A stretch of DNA of 51,067 bases, from NCBI GenBank assembly GCA_007117455.1, contig SKGM01000023.1:1-51067 (forward strand). Direction: 5' to 3'. Position 1 is the first letter of the stretch. The number at the start of each line of letters is the position of its first letter. This DNA comes from Candidatus Methanomethylophilaceae archaeon (lineage in GTDB: Archaea > Thermoplasmatota > Thermoplasmata > Methanomassiliicoccales > Methanomethylophilaceae). Below the pieces are notes generated by a model. That model saw only the letters and a list, made by a program, of their open reading frames with translations. It made no database searches and was not told the origin of the DNA. Of the stretch, positions 17,905 to 26,602 are shown piece after piece. The position numbers and the translations under genes are program-made.

Positions 17905-18624
17905 ATGGACGCACTAATGGTCAAGGACTTCACGAAGTCCTATGGGAAGCATGTCGGTGTGGACGGCATAAGCTTCAATGTCAAACATGGAGAGATATTC
18001 GGCCTCATAGGTCCCAACGGGGCGGGTAAGACTACCACTCTGAGGGTCCTCTCCACCCTCCTCTCTGTCACATCCGGTGAGATGTACGTTTACGGCAAGA
18101 GTGTTGTGGATGAGCCCAACGAGGTCAGGAGGATCATCAGTTACCTGCCTGAGGACGCCGGAGCCTACAAGCACTTGACTGGCAGGCAGTACCTGGATTT
18201 CATCTCCACCTTCTTCGCTTCCGGAGAGGAGAGGAAAAGGATGGTCTCCAGAGGCATGGAGATAACCGGCCTCGGAGATAGGATAAACAGCAAGGTCGAC
18301 ACCTACTCCAAAGGCATGATGAGGAGGCTCCTGATAGCCAGGGCCATCATGACCCGTCCCAAGTTCGCAATCCTTGATGAGGTGACCTCGGGACTCGATG
18401 TCGTCAATGCCACGGAGATAAGGCAGATCATAAAGGACCTCTCGAGCGAGGGAGTGACCATACTCCTTTCGTCCCACAACATGTTCGAGGTGGAGTATCT
18501 CTGCGACCGTGTGGCGCTCATCGACAAAGGTAAGATAGTCGCAGAAGGGGCGCCTGGTGAGTTGAAGAGGAAGTATCAAGCCGAAAACCTGGAGGAGGTT
18601 TTCACCAAGGTGGTGAGGGGTTGA
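17905..18624 (+). CDS. ABC transporter ATP-binding protein (ABC-2/NatA-like)
   Basis: 239 aa from the ATG at 17905. Walker A GPNGAGKTT, signature YSKGMMRR, Walker B AILDEVTSGLD. Confidence 0.9.
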   Translation: MDALMVKDFTKSYGKHVGVDGISFNVKHGEIFGLIGPNGAGKTTTLRVLSTLLSVTSGEMYVYGKSVVDEPNEVRRIISYLPEDAGAYKHLTGRQYLDFISTFFASGEERKRMVSRGMEITGLGDRINSKVDTYSKGMMRRLLIARAIMTRPKFAILDEVTSGLDVVNATEIRQIIKDLSSEGVTILLSSHNMFEVEYLCDRVALIDKGKIVAEGAPGELKRKYQAENLEEVFTKVVRG

Positions 18625-19901
18625 GGCATCTCCTGAGTCTTCTGAAGAAGGAGGTCCGTGAGCTCCTGACCCCTGCCACCGTGCTCCCCATCGTGATACT
18701 CGCAGTACTGTTCGCATCATTCGGCGGCTTCACGGGCGGTGTCGTCGAGGAGGCCCTTGGATCACCACCCACGGTGGCCATTGTCGATCTGGATGAGGGG
18801 AAATACTCGGCCCTGTACTTCGACGCCTTGATTTCCAGGAACGCCACCATAGTCTATAACGGCAGCAACGTCGATGATGCGATATCAGCTATGAAGGAAT
18901 CGGGGGCGATGGCCACACTGGTGATAGGCCAGGACTATTCATCCCTGATAGAGTCCGGTGAGCGGGCCAACATCACCGTGTACTGGAACCTCAAAGGCAC
19001 CGGCCTCTTCAGCTCGATGTCCACAGCTCCGGTCGATATGGTGATCAGCGAGGTCAGGACCAAGACCTCCAAGCTTCTCATCGAGGATGGGATGGCTGGA
19101 GACCCGGACATCATAATGTCGCCCATCGGCTATCAGTCCACAACATTCCTCGGTGACAACAGATTGGACGGTGTGAGTCCGGCAGAGGTTTCTGCATTCA
19201 TGCAGACGCAGTCTTTCATGATGCCCCTGCTGATAATGATCGTGATCGTCATGCTGGGCGGGATAATCATCTCATCCATGGGCCAGGAGAAGGAGAACAA
19301 GACCTTGGAGACCCTGTTGACCCTCCCTGTCAATCGAACGACGATCGTAAGCGGGAAGCTTCTGGGATCCGCATTCGTAGGTCTGCTTTTCGCGGGGATC
19401 TACATGATAGGCCTGAACTTCTACATGGAGGGCCTGATGGACACCGCCGCTTCAATGGAACTGTCCCAGTTGGAGCTTGGCACCACGGACACCGCCATCG
19501 TGGGCATAATGGTCGCACTGGCGATACTCTGCGCCCTCGGGCTCTGTATGATACTGGGTGCTTTCGCAAAGAACTACAAGGCCGCTCAGAGCCTGACCAT
19601 ACCCATAAGCTTCCTGGCGGTCATTCCGTTCTTCGTCGTTCTTTTCGCAGACTTCAGCAGCCTGCCCTTGCCGGCCCAGGCCATATTGTTCGTGATCCCG
19701 TTCACCCATCCCATGATCGCCATGAACAACATGATCATGGGAGACTACATGTTGGTCTATTACGGCATCGCCTACCTGGTGGCATTCACCCTGGCAACGG
19801 TCATCATAACCGTCAGGTTGTACAAGTCCGACATACTGCTCACCGGATTGGGAACGACCATCGCCAGCGGCCCGTTGGGCAAGCTCTTCGGCAAGAAGTG
19901 A
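18621..19901 (+). CDS. ABC-2 family transporter permease (NatB-like)
   Basis: 426 aa. One N-terminal TM helix, a large extracytoplasmic domain and a C-terminal bundle of hydrophobic helices. TTG start overlaps the ATPase stop. Confidence 0.8.
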   Translation: MRHLLSLLKKEVRELLTPATVLPIVILAVLFASFGGFTGGVVEEALGSPPTVAIVDLDEGKYSALYFDALISRNATIVYNGSNVDDAISAMKESGAMATLVIGQDYSSLIESGERANITVYWNLKGTGLFSSMSTAPVDMVISEVRTKTSKLLIEDGMAGDPDIIMSPIGYQSTTFLGDNRLDGVSPAEVSAFMQTQSFMMPLLIMIVIVMLGGIIISSMGQEKENKTLETLLTLPVNRTTIVSGKLLGSAFVGLLFAGIYMIGLNFYMEGLMDTAASMELSQLELGTTDTAIVGIMVALAILCALGLCMILGAFAKNYKAAQSLTIPISFLAVIPFFVVLFADFSSLPLPAQAILFVIPFTHPMIAMNNMIMGDYMLVYYGIAYLVAFTLATVIITVRLYKSDILLTGLGTTIASGPLGKLFGKK

Positions 19902-19964
19902 TGACCAAACCATTTCCCCATTGACTTGCAAAACAACAAAATACCCAATGGACATCAGAATAGC

Positions 19965-20921
19965 ATGCGTGAGCTCATAGATATCCTCCAGGTCGGCCGC
20001 AAAGCCATACTGGTGCACAGCAATGCCGACCCTGACGCATTGGGATCCGCCTATGCCTTGGCCACCACCTTCCCGGAAGCGGACATATATGCGCCAGGAG
20101 GCCTAGACAGATCGGGGAAGGCATTGCAGGCCTTCTTGGGGATCGAGGTCCTGGAGAATTACGAACCTGATGCCTACGAGCTCACCGTGGTCGTTGACAC
20201 CTCTTCCCCGGAACAACTTCATCCCGCCAAAGTGCCCCCAGGTTCAGTGGTCATCGACCACCACCGTCCCAACGGCAAATGGGAGGGTATGATGTACCAT
20301 TGCGATGACACCCGCTCCTCATGTGCTGAGATCGTCCTCGACATCATCGAGGCCGCCGGCCGCCGTATCGACAGGGAAGTTGCCATGGCATTGATGGTCG
20401 GCATGTTAACCGACAGCGGGCATTTCCAGTATGGGAACGCCGCCCTCATGCATCGTTTCGCCTCCCTCATGGAGGCCCATGGTATCGCGGCTGACGAGGT
20501 CATGGGAGTGACCAGGGCACAGACTGGCATGTCCGAGAAGGCTGCAATCCTCAAAGGGGTCTCCCGGTCACGGTTCGATAGGTTGGGCAGATACATAGTA
20601 GCCGTATCCTACGGAAGCTCCTACGAATCATCCATATGCCGGGCATTGTTGAATTGCGGCGCCGATGTCGCTTATGTCGGCTCCCAGCGTGACGAACGAT
20701 TCCGTATCAGCGCCCGATGCAGCCAGGACATCGTCAGAGAAGGGCTTCACCTCGGTCAGATACTTGACGAGTTGGGAGGGGAGACCAGCACCGAGGGCGG
20801 AGGTCACGGGGGGGCGGCCGGTATGACCGGAACGGGGGATGTGGAGGCCATGCTCCATATGTGCATGAAGAAGACCATGTCCCGTTTCCGGGAGTTCCGG
20901 GACCGTTCAGCGCCCCAATGA
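19965..20921 (+). CDS. DHH/DHHA1 family phosphoesterase (NrnA-like)
   Basis: Motifs HSNADPDALGS, VVVDTS, VIDHH and GGGHGGAAG. ATG at 19965 within ORF 19926-20921. Confidence 0.82.
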   Translation: MRELIDILQVGRKAILVHSNADPDALGSAYALATTFPEADIYAPGGLDRSGKALQAFLGIEVLENYEPDAYELTVVVDTSSPEQLHPAKVPPGSVVIDHHRPNGKWEGMMYHCDDTRSSCAEIVLDIIEAAGRRIDREVAMALMVGMLTDSGHFQYGNAALMHRFASLMEAHGIAADEVMGVTRAQTGMSEKAAILKGVSRSRFDRLGRYIVAVSYGSSYESSICRALLNCGADVAYVGSQRDERFRISARCSQDIVREGLHLGQILDELGGETSTEGGGHGGAAGMTGTGDVEAMLHMCMKKTMSRFREFRDRSAPQ

Positions 20922-21968
20922 TTTCAGGACCTTCCGGATGCCCTCATAGTTATCCGGCCGGGAGTGGAAATATTCGGACACTGGCTCCAATATCTCCCAA
21001 AGGGCAGATGCGGCCCCCTTCTTGAGGTCCATGGGATGGAGCGATCCTGAGAAGTAATCATCGCGTAGCGATTGGTAGTCCCCATATGACACAGGACCGC
21101 CGAACTTCTCCGGCCTGTCAACGTCTATCCTGCCCAAACGGGGGAACAGGACCAATCGGCAAAGCATGAGCACCGGGTTCCGATCCTCCTCCTCAGCCTC
21201 AGGCGGACAGTAGGCCTTCTTGAGCTTCCTCTGCACATCTTCCAGACTGTCGTGTATCATGATGCCGCTGTCCGGGTCGCTCTTGGACATCTTGGCGGCG
21301 GCGGGGTCCATCCTCTCGCCCCCCTTGAGCCCTGGAAGAAGGGGGGTATGCATCGCGATGGGTTTCTTCCAATCCAGTTTCTCCGCCGCATCCCGGGCCA
21401 GCATATGGGCGCGCCTCTGGTCCATCCCCGAGTAAGCGAGGTCTATGTCCATAGCGAACATGTCAGTCGCCTGGAGTATGGGATAGAAAAGCTTGGATGA
21501 GTCCAGCTCAGCATCGTCCTCCCCCCGCCCCATGATGGTCATGGCCCTCTTGACGCGGGACAGGGAGGTGGCCTTGGCCACCTTTATGACCCTCTCCCAG
21601 TAATCCATGTCATCCAGTATATCACTGGCATAGCGGTAATCCACCTTCTCCCGAGGCACGCCGAGGGACTCGAAGCAGTCCTCCATGTAGCGGGCGCAGA
21701 CCCGGATGTTGTCTATGTCGCCACCGAGTTTATCGTTGATGTATGCGTGCCAATCGGCCCAGAATACAGTTACATCGAAACCGGCGTCCACCAGGTCCCG
21801 TATCTTGGAGGCGCAGATCAGCCAGCCGATGTGGACAAGTCCCGAGGGTTCGAAACCGATATAGGCCCGGGGCTTCCTGCCGCTAGCCAACAGTTCCTTC
21901 AACTCCTCCTCGGTGACCAGTTCCTCCACATTCCTGGTCAATAGATGCAGCCTCTGCTCCAGGTCCAT
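20907..21968 (-). CDS. tyrS: tyrosine--tRNA ligase (archaeal type)
   Basis: Aligns by eye with M. jannaschii TyrRS: AYIGFEPSG.VHIG, ADWHAYIN, MDQRRAHMLARD, KMSKS, LHPMDLK. I chose the ATG at 21968 (MDLEQRL) because a TATA box sits about 30 nt upstream. Confidence 0.9.
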   Translation of the reverse strand: MDLEQRLHLLTRNVEELVTEEELKELLASGRKPRAYIGFEPSGLVHIGWLICASKIRDLVDAGFDVTVFWADWHAYINDKLGGDIDNIRVCARYMEDCFESLGVPREKVDYRYASDILDDMDYWERVIKVAKATSLSRVKRAMTIMGRGEDDAELDSSKLFYPILQATDMFAMDIDLAYSGMDQRRAHMLARDAAEKLDWKKPIAMHTPLLPGLKGGERMDPAAAKMSKSDPDSGIMIHDSLEDVQRKLKKAYCPPEAEEEDRNPVLMLCRLVLFPRLGRIDVDRPEKFGGPVSYGDYQSLRDDYFSGSLHPMDLKKGAASALWEILEPVSEYFHSRPDNYEGIRKVLKSLGR

Positions 21969-21996
21969 TTGAATCACCCTCTCAATCCCTAGACCC

Positions 21997-22004
21997 TTAT
22001 AAAA
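21997..22004 (-). promoter_or_regulatory. candidate TATA box of tyrS
   Basis: The minus strand reads TTTTATAAG, centred about 32 nt upstream of the ATG at 21968. It lies between the acetyltransferase stop and tyrS. Confidence 0.45.
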
Positions 22005-22018
22005 TGATATTGAATAGG

Positions 22019-22708
22019 TCACATCCAATGCCAGTTCGTGTCCTCTTGTATAGTTCGGGCGGGGTTGCCTGCCACCACGCTGCCATCGGGGACATCACGT
22101 GTGACAACGCTGCTTGCCCCGATAACCGCGTCATCGCCTATACTCACTCCTTTGAGGATCGTCGCATTCGAACCTATCCATACATGGTCGCCTATCCTCA
22201 CCGGAGAACTCTCATTGCACCTTTCGCCTTCCTTCACCAGAACGTGGAAGTCGGTATCCATTATTCTCACTCCCCAGGATATGGCACAGTCATCCCCTAT
22301 ACTGATGCTTGACCGGCTGTAGACCGTACAATTCTCATTCAACAGGCAACGACTCCCGATGGATACCGAGGCATCCGGACCGAGGTTGAATCTGGACCCC
22401 GGACCCACTACCGTGCCGTTTCCAATCCGCAATCGGGAACCGTCCATCATGGTTATGACCGTCCTGTCCCCCGACAACCTTGCGGAGTACGCCTCCACCA
22501 TCTCAGGCAGAGCTATGAAAGACGCCTGGCCATCGATCTCGAAGGTGGCCCTGCCGCCTTTGTGGATCCTAAGCGGGTAGTTGCACACCAAGGGGAACCT
22601 CCAGAAGTCCCGCGGGAACCAGCGCAAACTGTATATCAGACTCCTTGGACCCGGTGTAGCCCTGAATGCCGGCATGGCGTGTTCTTCCATGGACATGCCA
22701 CCGAGCAT
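22019..22708 (-). CDS. left-handed beta-helix (hexapeptide-repeat) acetyltransferase
   Basis: 229 aa. C-terminal IGDHVWIGSNATILKGVSIGDDAVIGASSVVTRDVPDGSVVAGNPAR is typical of LacA/NodL/WcaF-type O-acetyltransferases. Confidence 0.8.
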   Translation of the reverse strand: MLGGMSMEEHAMPAFRATPGPRSLIYSLRWFPRDFWRFPLVCNYPLRIHKGGRATFEIDGQASFIALPEMVEAYSARLSGDRTVITMMDGSRLRIGNGTVVGPGSRFNLGPDASVSIGSRCLLNENCTVYSRSSISIGDDCAISWGVRIMDTDFHVLVKEGERCNESSPVRIGDHVWIGSNATILKGVSIGDDAVIGASSVVTRDVPDGSVVAGNPARTIQEDTNWHWM

Positions 22709-22745
22709 CTTACGACCCTACTAAAAATCTATCCACTGCATGGCA

Positions 22746-22982
22746 TCAACCCTCGTCCTTGTAGAGTACCTCGCCTTCATAGGTTATCAGGCGGATTCGG
22801 TGATACGGTATCATGGACCCCCTCACTCTGAAGAATGACCTGCCCAGTTCGATTATCTCATCCCCTCTAACAGACCTGCTGTCATTCTCAGCACCCCGAT
22901 GGAGATAGGTCACCGTGCAGCGTGAGATGTCCATCGTATCACGCCATTTCACAGCATTCAGAACCTCACGTGGGAATACCAT
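22746..22982 (-). CDS. DUF504 (UPF0248) family protein
   Basis: 78 aa with the characteristic IPYHRI motif. Confidence 0.7.
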   Translation of the reverse strand: MVFPREVLNAVKWRDTMDISRCTVTYLHRGAENDSRSVRGDEIIELGRSFFRVRGSMIPYHRIRLITYEGEVLYKDEG

Positions 22983-23034
22983 TGTTTCAGTCTTCCTGAT
23001 GAATTATTTATCCTAACACCATGTTCATAAGCAT

Positions 23035-24666
23035 ATGGTAGGCCTTACATTGGAGGGTAATCTTGTCGACTTGGTTGGTGACAGGGTCTATCCTGCAAGG
23101 ATAACCATAGAGGACGGTCGCGTATCTGACATAATTGAAGTCGATGGAGATTTCGACCGTTACATACTGCCGGGACTGATCGACTCCCATGTACACATCG
23201 AGTCCTCTCTCATGGTCCCCTCACGCTTCGCCGAGGCGGCCGTTCCGCGTGGAGTGACCGCGGTGGTCACTGACCCCCATGAGATAGCGAACGTTCTGGG
23301 CATGGAGGGCGTGGAGTTCATGATGGCCGATGGGGAGCGGGTTCCAATGCGTTTCCATTTCACCGCACCCTCCTGCGTCCCTGCAACCCCCTGGGAGAGT
23401 TCCGGCGCGGTCATGGGTCCCGGTGATGTCGAAAACCTCTTGGAGCGCGATGAAGTGGTCGCCCTGGCCGAGATGATGAACTTCCCGGGGGTCCTGAACG
23501 AGGACCCGGATGTGATGGCGAAGATAGATGCCGCCCTATCCCGTGGGAAACCGGTGGACGGACATGCCCCCGGACTGAGCGGAGATGCGTTGGAGCGTTA
23601 CATATCCGCAGGCATAAGGACCGACCATGAATGCACCTCTTTGGCGGAGGCGGAGGAGAAGGCCTCCATGGGGATGTTGGTTCAGATCAGGGAGGGGAGC
23701 GCCAGTAGGAACATGGAGGACCTGATAGGGATGGCGGATGACTATGAGTTCCTACTGGCCACGGATGACATGCACGCCGGGGACATATTGCAGGGGTATA
23801 TGGACCGTCTGCTGAGCCGCATGGTTTCTTTGGGACTCGATCCGCTGCGGGCCATAAAAGCCGCCAGCCTTTGGCCTTCCCGGCACTACAGACTGCCAGG
23901 AGGCTACATTGACCTGGACATGCCCGCGGACCTGGTTGTGGTCTCAGACCTGAGGACCTTCCGCATCGAGGAGGTGTACATCGGAGGGGAGCTCGTCGCA
24001 AAGGATGGTCAGGCTCTTTTCAAGGCGGAACCAGGAAGCGCCCCTACGAGGATCGTGAGACGGGAATGGTCGGCTGATGATTTCCTCATCCCCGCCCAGG
24101 AGGGAAGGTCACGCGTCCGTGTTATAAGGGCATACCCCGACCAGATAATCAGTGGCTCAGAGGTGATGGACATCGATGTCCGTGATGGTCGTCTGTCGAC
24201 CGGCGTCGACCAGGACATATCCTTGATCGCCGTCGTCAACCGTTACGAGGAGGCTCCGCCGGCGCTAGGCCTGATAACAGGTTTCGGACTGCGGCGGGGA
24301 GGCATGGCCTCAACCGTCGCACACGACTCGCATAACATAATCGCCATCGCCAACCAGCCTGAGACGTTGGCCAGATTGGTCAATGGTGTGTCGGAACAGG
24401 GAGGATACTTCGCCACGGATGGCGAGATGGATGTTTCCCTCCCCCTTCCCGTGGCAGGTCTTATGAGCACCTTATCCGCCGAAGATGTAGCCAGGAAGGA
24501 GAAGGAGGTCACTGGATTCGTAAGAGGATTGGGTTGCGAGATGCATGCTCCCTTCATGACCATGGGATTCCAGAGCCTATTGGTACTCCCCAGCCTCAAG
24601 ATTGGTGACAGGGGTCTATTCGATTCCGAGAACTTCGAGTTCGTGGGGTTGGTCGTCGGTCAATGA
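23035..24666 (+). CDS. ade: adenine deaminase
   Basis: 543 aa amidohydrolase. LPGLIDSHVHIESS and VTDPHEIANV motifs of adenine deaminase. Confidence 0.9.
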   Translation: MVGLTLEGNLVDLVGDRVYPARITIEDGRVSDIIEVDGDFDRYILPGLIDSHVHIESSLMVPSRFAEAAVPRGVTAVVTDPHEIANVLGMEGVEFMMADGERVPMRFHFTAPSCVPATPWESSGAVMGPGDVENLLERDEVVALAEMMNFPGVLNEDPDVMAKIDAALSRGKPVDGHAPGLSGDALERYISAGIRTDHECTSLAEAEEKASMGMLVQIREGSASRNMEDLIGMADDYEFLLATDDMHAGDILQGYMDRLLSRMVSLGLDPLRAIKAASLWPSRHYRLPGGYIDLDMPADLVVVSDLRTFRIEEVYIGGELVAKDGQALFKAEPGSAPTRIVRREWSADDFLIPAQEGRSRVRVIRAYPDQIISGSEVMDIDVRDGRLSTGVDQDISLIAVVNRYEEAPPALGLITGFGLRRGGMASTVAHDSHNIIAIANQPETLARLVNGVSEQGGYFATDGEMDVSLPLPVAGLMSTLSAEDVARKEKEVTGFVRGLGCEMHAPFMTMGFQSLLVLPSLKIGDRGLFDSENFEFVGLVVGQ

Positions 24667-24694
24667 AATCTTTTAATCCCCGCATCCCCTTGAC

Positions 24695-25261
24695 TTGCAT
24701 ATGCTGGATAGGCTGAAGCGGAGCGTCGAGGAATGTCCTGTGGTCCGTATCGGGGATTACCATTATTTCGTACACCCCATAACCGATGGCATCCCACACA
24801 TGGATCCCGCGCTCTTGCAGGAGGTGGTCGATGCGATGCTGGCTATCGGAGACTTCCAATGCGACCGTATCCTGGCCCCTGAGGCCATGGGCATCCATCT
24901 AGCCGTCCCCATATCGATGAGGACCGGCGTGCCTTACAGCGTTGTCCGGAAAAGAGGATACGGCCTCGAGGGGGAGACCAACATCGCCCAATCCACTGGC
25001 TATTCTCGTTCTGACATGTACATAAACGGCCTTAAAAAGGGGGACCGGGTCACCATCGTCGACGACGTCCTGAGCACAGGAGGCACCCTGAAGGCTTTGG
25101 TCTCTGCGCTCAAGGAACGCATGGGCGTGGAGGTGGTGGACATCATCATGGTCTTCGAGAAGACCGAAAGGAAGAAGGAGATGGAGGAGGAGATGGGGAT
25201 TCCAGTGAAGACCCTCCTCAAGGTCGATGTCGTTGACGGACGTACCGTGTACTACGAATGA
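24695..25261 (+). CDS. hpt: hypoxanthine/guanine phosphoribosyltransferase (archaeal Hpt)
   Basis: 188 aa. PRPP-binding loop VTIVDDVLSTGGT. N-terminal L..S....P......Y.YFVHPITDG pattern of archaeal Hpt. Confidence 0.85.
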   Translation: MHMLDRLKRSVEECPVVRIGDYHYFVHPITDGIPHMDPALLQEVVDAMLAIGDFQCDRILAPEAMGIHLAVPISMRTGVPYSVVRKRGYGLEGETNIAQSTGYSRSDMYINGLKKGDRVTIVDDVLSTGGTLKALVSALKERMGVEVVDIIMVFEKTERKKEMEEEMGIPVKTLLKVDVVDGRTVYYE

Positions 25262-25282
25262 AAGCCTAGATGCAGGACTCCC

Positions 25283-25288
25283 TTTTTT
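25283..25288 (+). terminator. oligo-T tract, candidate terminator after hpt
   Basis: T6 run 22 nt after the hpt TGA. Confidence 0.3.
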
Positions 25289-25312
25289 CCCATCCACCGA
25301 TGCTCCAGGGAT

Positions 25313-26602
25313 GTGGATGCGGAGACGCTCCTGTTCCTGGCCTACATGGTATTGATCGGTTCTGCCATAGGCAGCTTCAGTGGCCTCATACCGGGCATAC
25401 ATGTCAACACATTGGCGGTGTTGATGCTGGCCTCTTATCCTCTCCTGGCGGTGCTGTTATCAGGGCTCATCTGCCCCTCCCTGCTACCGTTGATGGTGGC
25501 CGCGGCGGTGGTGTCGGCGGCGGTGGTCCATTCATTCATGGACTTCGTACCGTCTGTCTTCCTGGGCTCACCGGGGGAGGAGGACGTTCTGAGCGTGCTG
25601 CCGGGGCACAGGATGCTCATGGATGGGAGAGGTGCGGAGGCGGTGGCCTGCTCCGCCCAGGGGAGTATGGTAGGGGCAATGGCCGCTGTGGCCCTCGCCC
25701 TCCCCGTGCACTTGGTGATGGAATCAGGCGGATGGTCGGTGCTCCAGACCCATGTCCCCTTCATCCTACCGGTCTGCCTCTTCCTGATGGTGATGTCCGA
25801 AAGAGGAAGGGGTGCCAGGAGGAAGAGGGCCTGGGCCTGCCTGCTCTGCCTGGGATCATCCTTGCTGGGATTGGTGACCATGTTCGGAAGCCTCCCGGCA
25901 ACCGCAGGCATGGAGGGCATGATGCTCCCTCTGCTGGCAGGCCTCTTCGGAATGCCGGCACTCCTCATCTCCCTGGGAGGAGGGGGTGTGCCGGTGCAGA
26001 CCGGGGCGGCGAGGGCTTCCATCGACAGCGGTCCGGCGCTACGGGGATTGTTGGCCGGCCTGGCGGTGGGATGGCTCCCGGGCATAACCGCAACCGCCGG
26101 GACGGTGGTGGCCTCGATCAGCTCTCCGGAGAGGACGCCTGAGAGGTTCATAGCCATGGTGTCATCGGTGGGGACCGCGGCAACCGTCTTCGCCCTGGTG
26201 ACCCTTTCTGTGTCCGGGAGGGGGAGGACCGGGACGATGCTGGTGGTCATTGATGTGATGGGCGGGGACCTGGGAGTCCAGGGTTTCGCGGTTCTTCTGA
26301 TGGCCGTCTGCGCATCGGCGGCCATAGCCTACATCCTGACGGTGAGAGCGGGGGCCCTGTTCGCCCGGATACTCCAGGGAAGGGACCTTTCGCGCATCAA
26401 CGTGGCGATAGCCGCGTTCCTATGCCTGCTCACCTTGGTAATGTGCGGGCCGGGCGGACTCCTGATGTTGACGGCGGCGACGTTCCTCGGCCTGCTGCCT
26501 TCAGCGGTGGGCGTCGGGAGGGTGCATCTGACCTCATCCCTCCTGGTGCCAGTCATAATATCGTACTCTGGATACCAGTGGATGCTTTCCGGCATCCTAT
26601 GA
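25313..26602 (+). CDS. TctA-family / DUF112 integral membrane protein
   Basis: 429 aa, highly hydrophobic, with a GLIPGIHVNTLAVLM-type motif near the N-terminus. GTG start. I recognise the family only by pattern. Confidence 0.55.
   Translation: MDAETLLFLAYMVLIGSAIGSFSGLIPGIHVNTLAVLMLASYPLLAVLLSGLICPSLLPLMVAAAVVSAAVVHSFMDFVPSVFLGSPGEEDVLSVLPGHRMLMDGRGAEAVACSAQGSMVGAMAAVALALPVHLVMESGGWSVLQTHVPFILPVCLFLMVMSERGRGARRKRAWACLLCLGSSLLGLVTMFGSLPATAGMEGMMLPLLAGLFGMPALLISLGGGGVPVQTGAARASIDSGPALRGLLAGLAVGWLPGITATAGTVVASISSPERTPERFIAMVSSVGTAATVFALVTLSVSGRGRTGTMLVVIDVMGGDLGVQGFAVLLMAVCASAAIAYILTVRAGALFARILQGRDLSRINVAIAAFLCLLTLVMCGPGGLLMLTAATFLGLLPSAVGVGRVHLTSSLLVPVIISYSGYQWMLSGIL

Noticed and set aside
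25270-26142. 290-aa Gly/Arg-rich ORF in an alternative frame of the TctA-like gene
   Set aside because: It is a same-strand frame-shifted shadow of a clearly hydrophobic membrane protein gene, and its composition is implausible for a real protein.
26553-26602. 50-nt convergent overlap between the 3' ends of the TctA-like gene and the PolB paralogue
   Set aside because: This is probably just compact gene packing or slightly over-extended C-termini. There is no obvious structure or repeat in the overlap.
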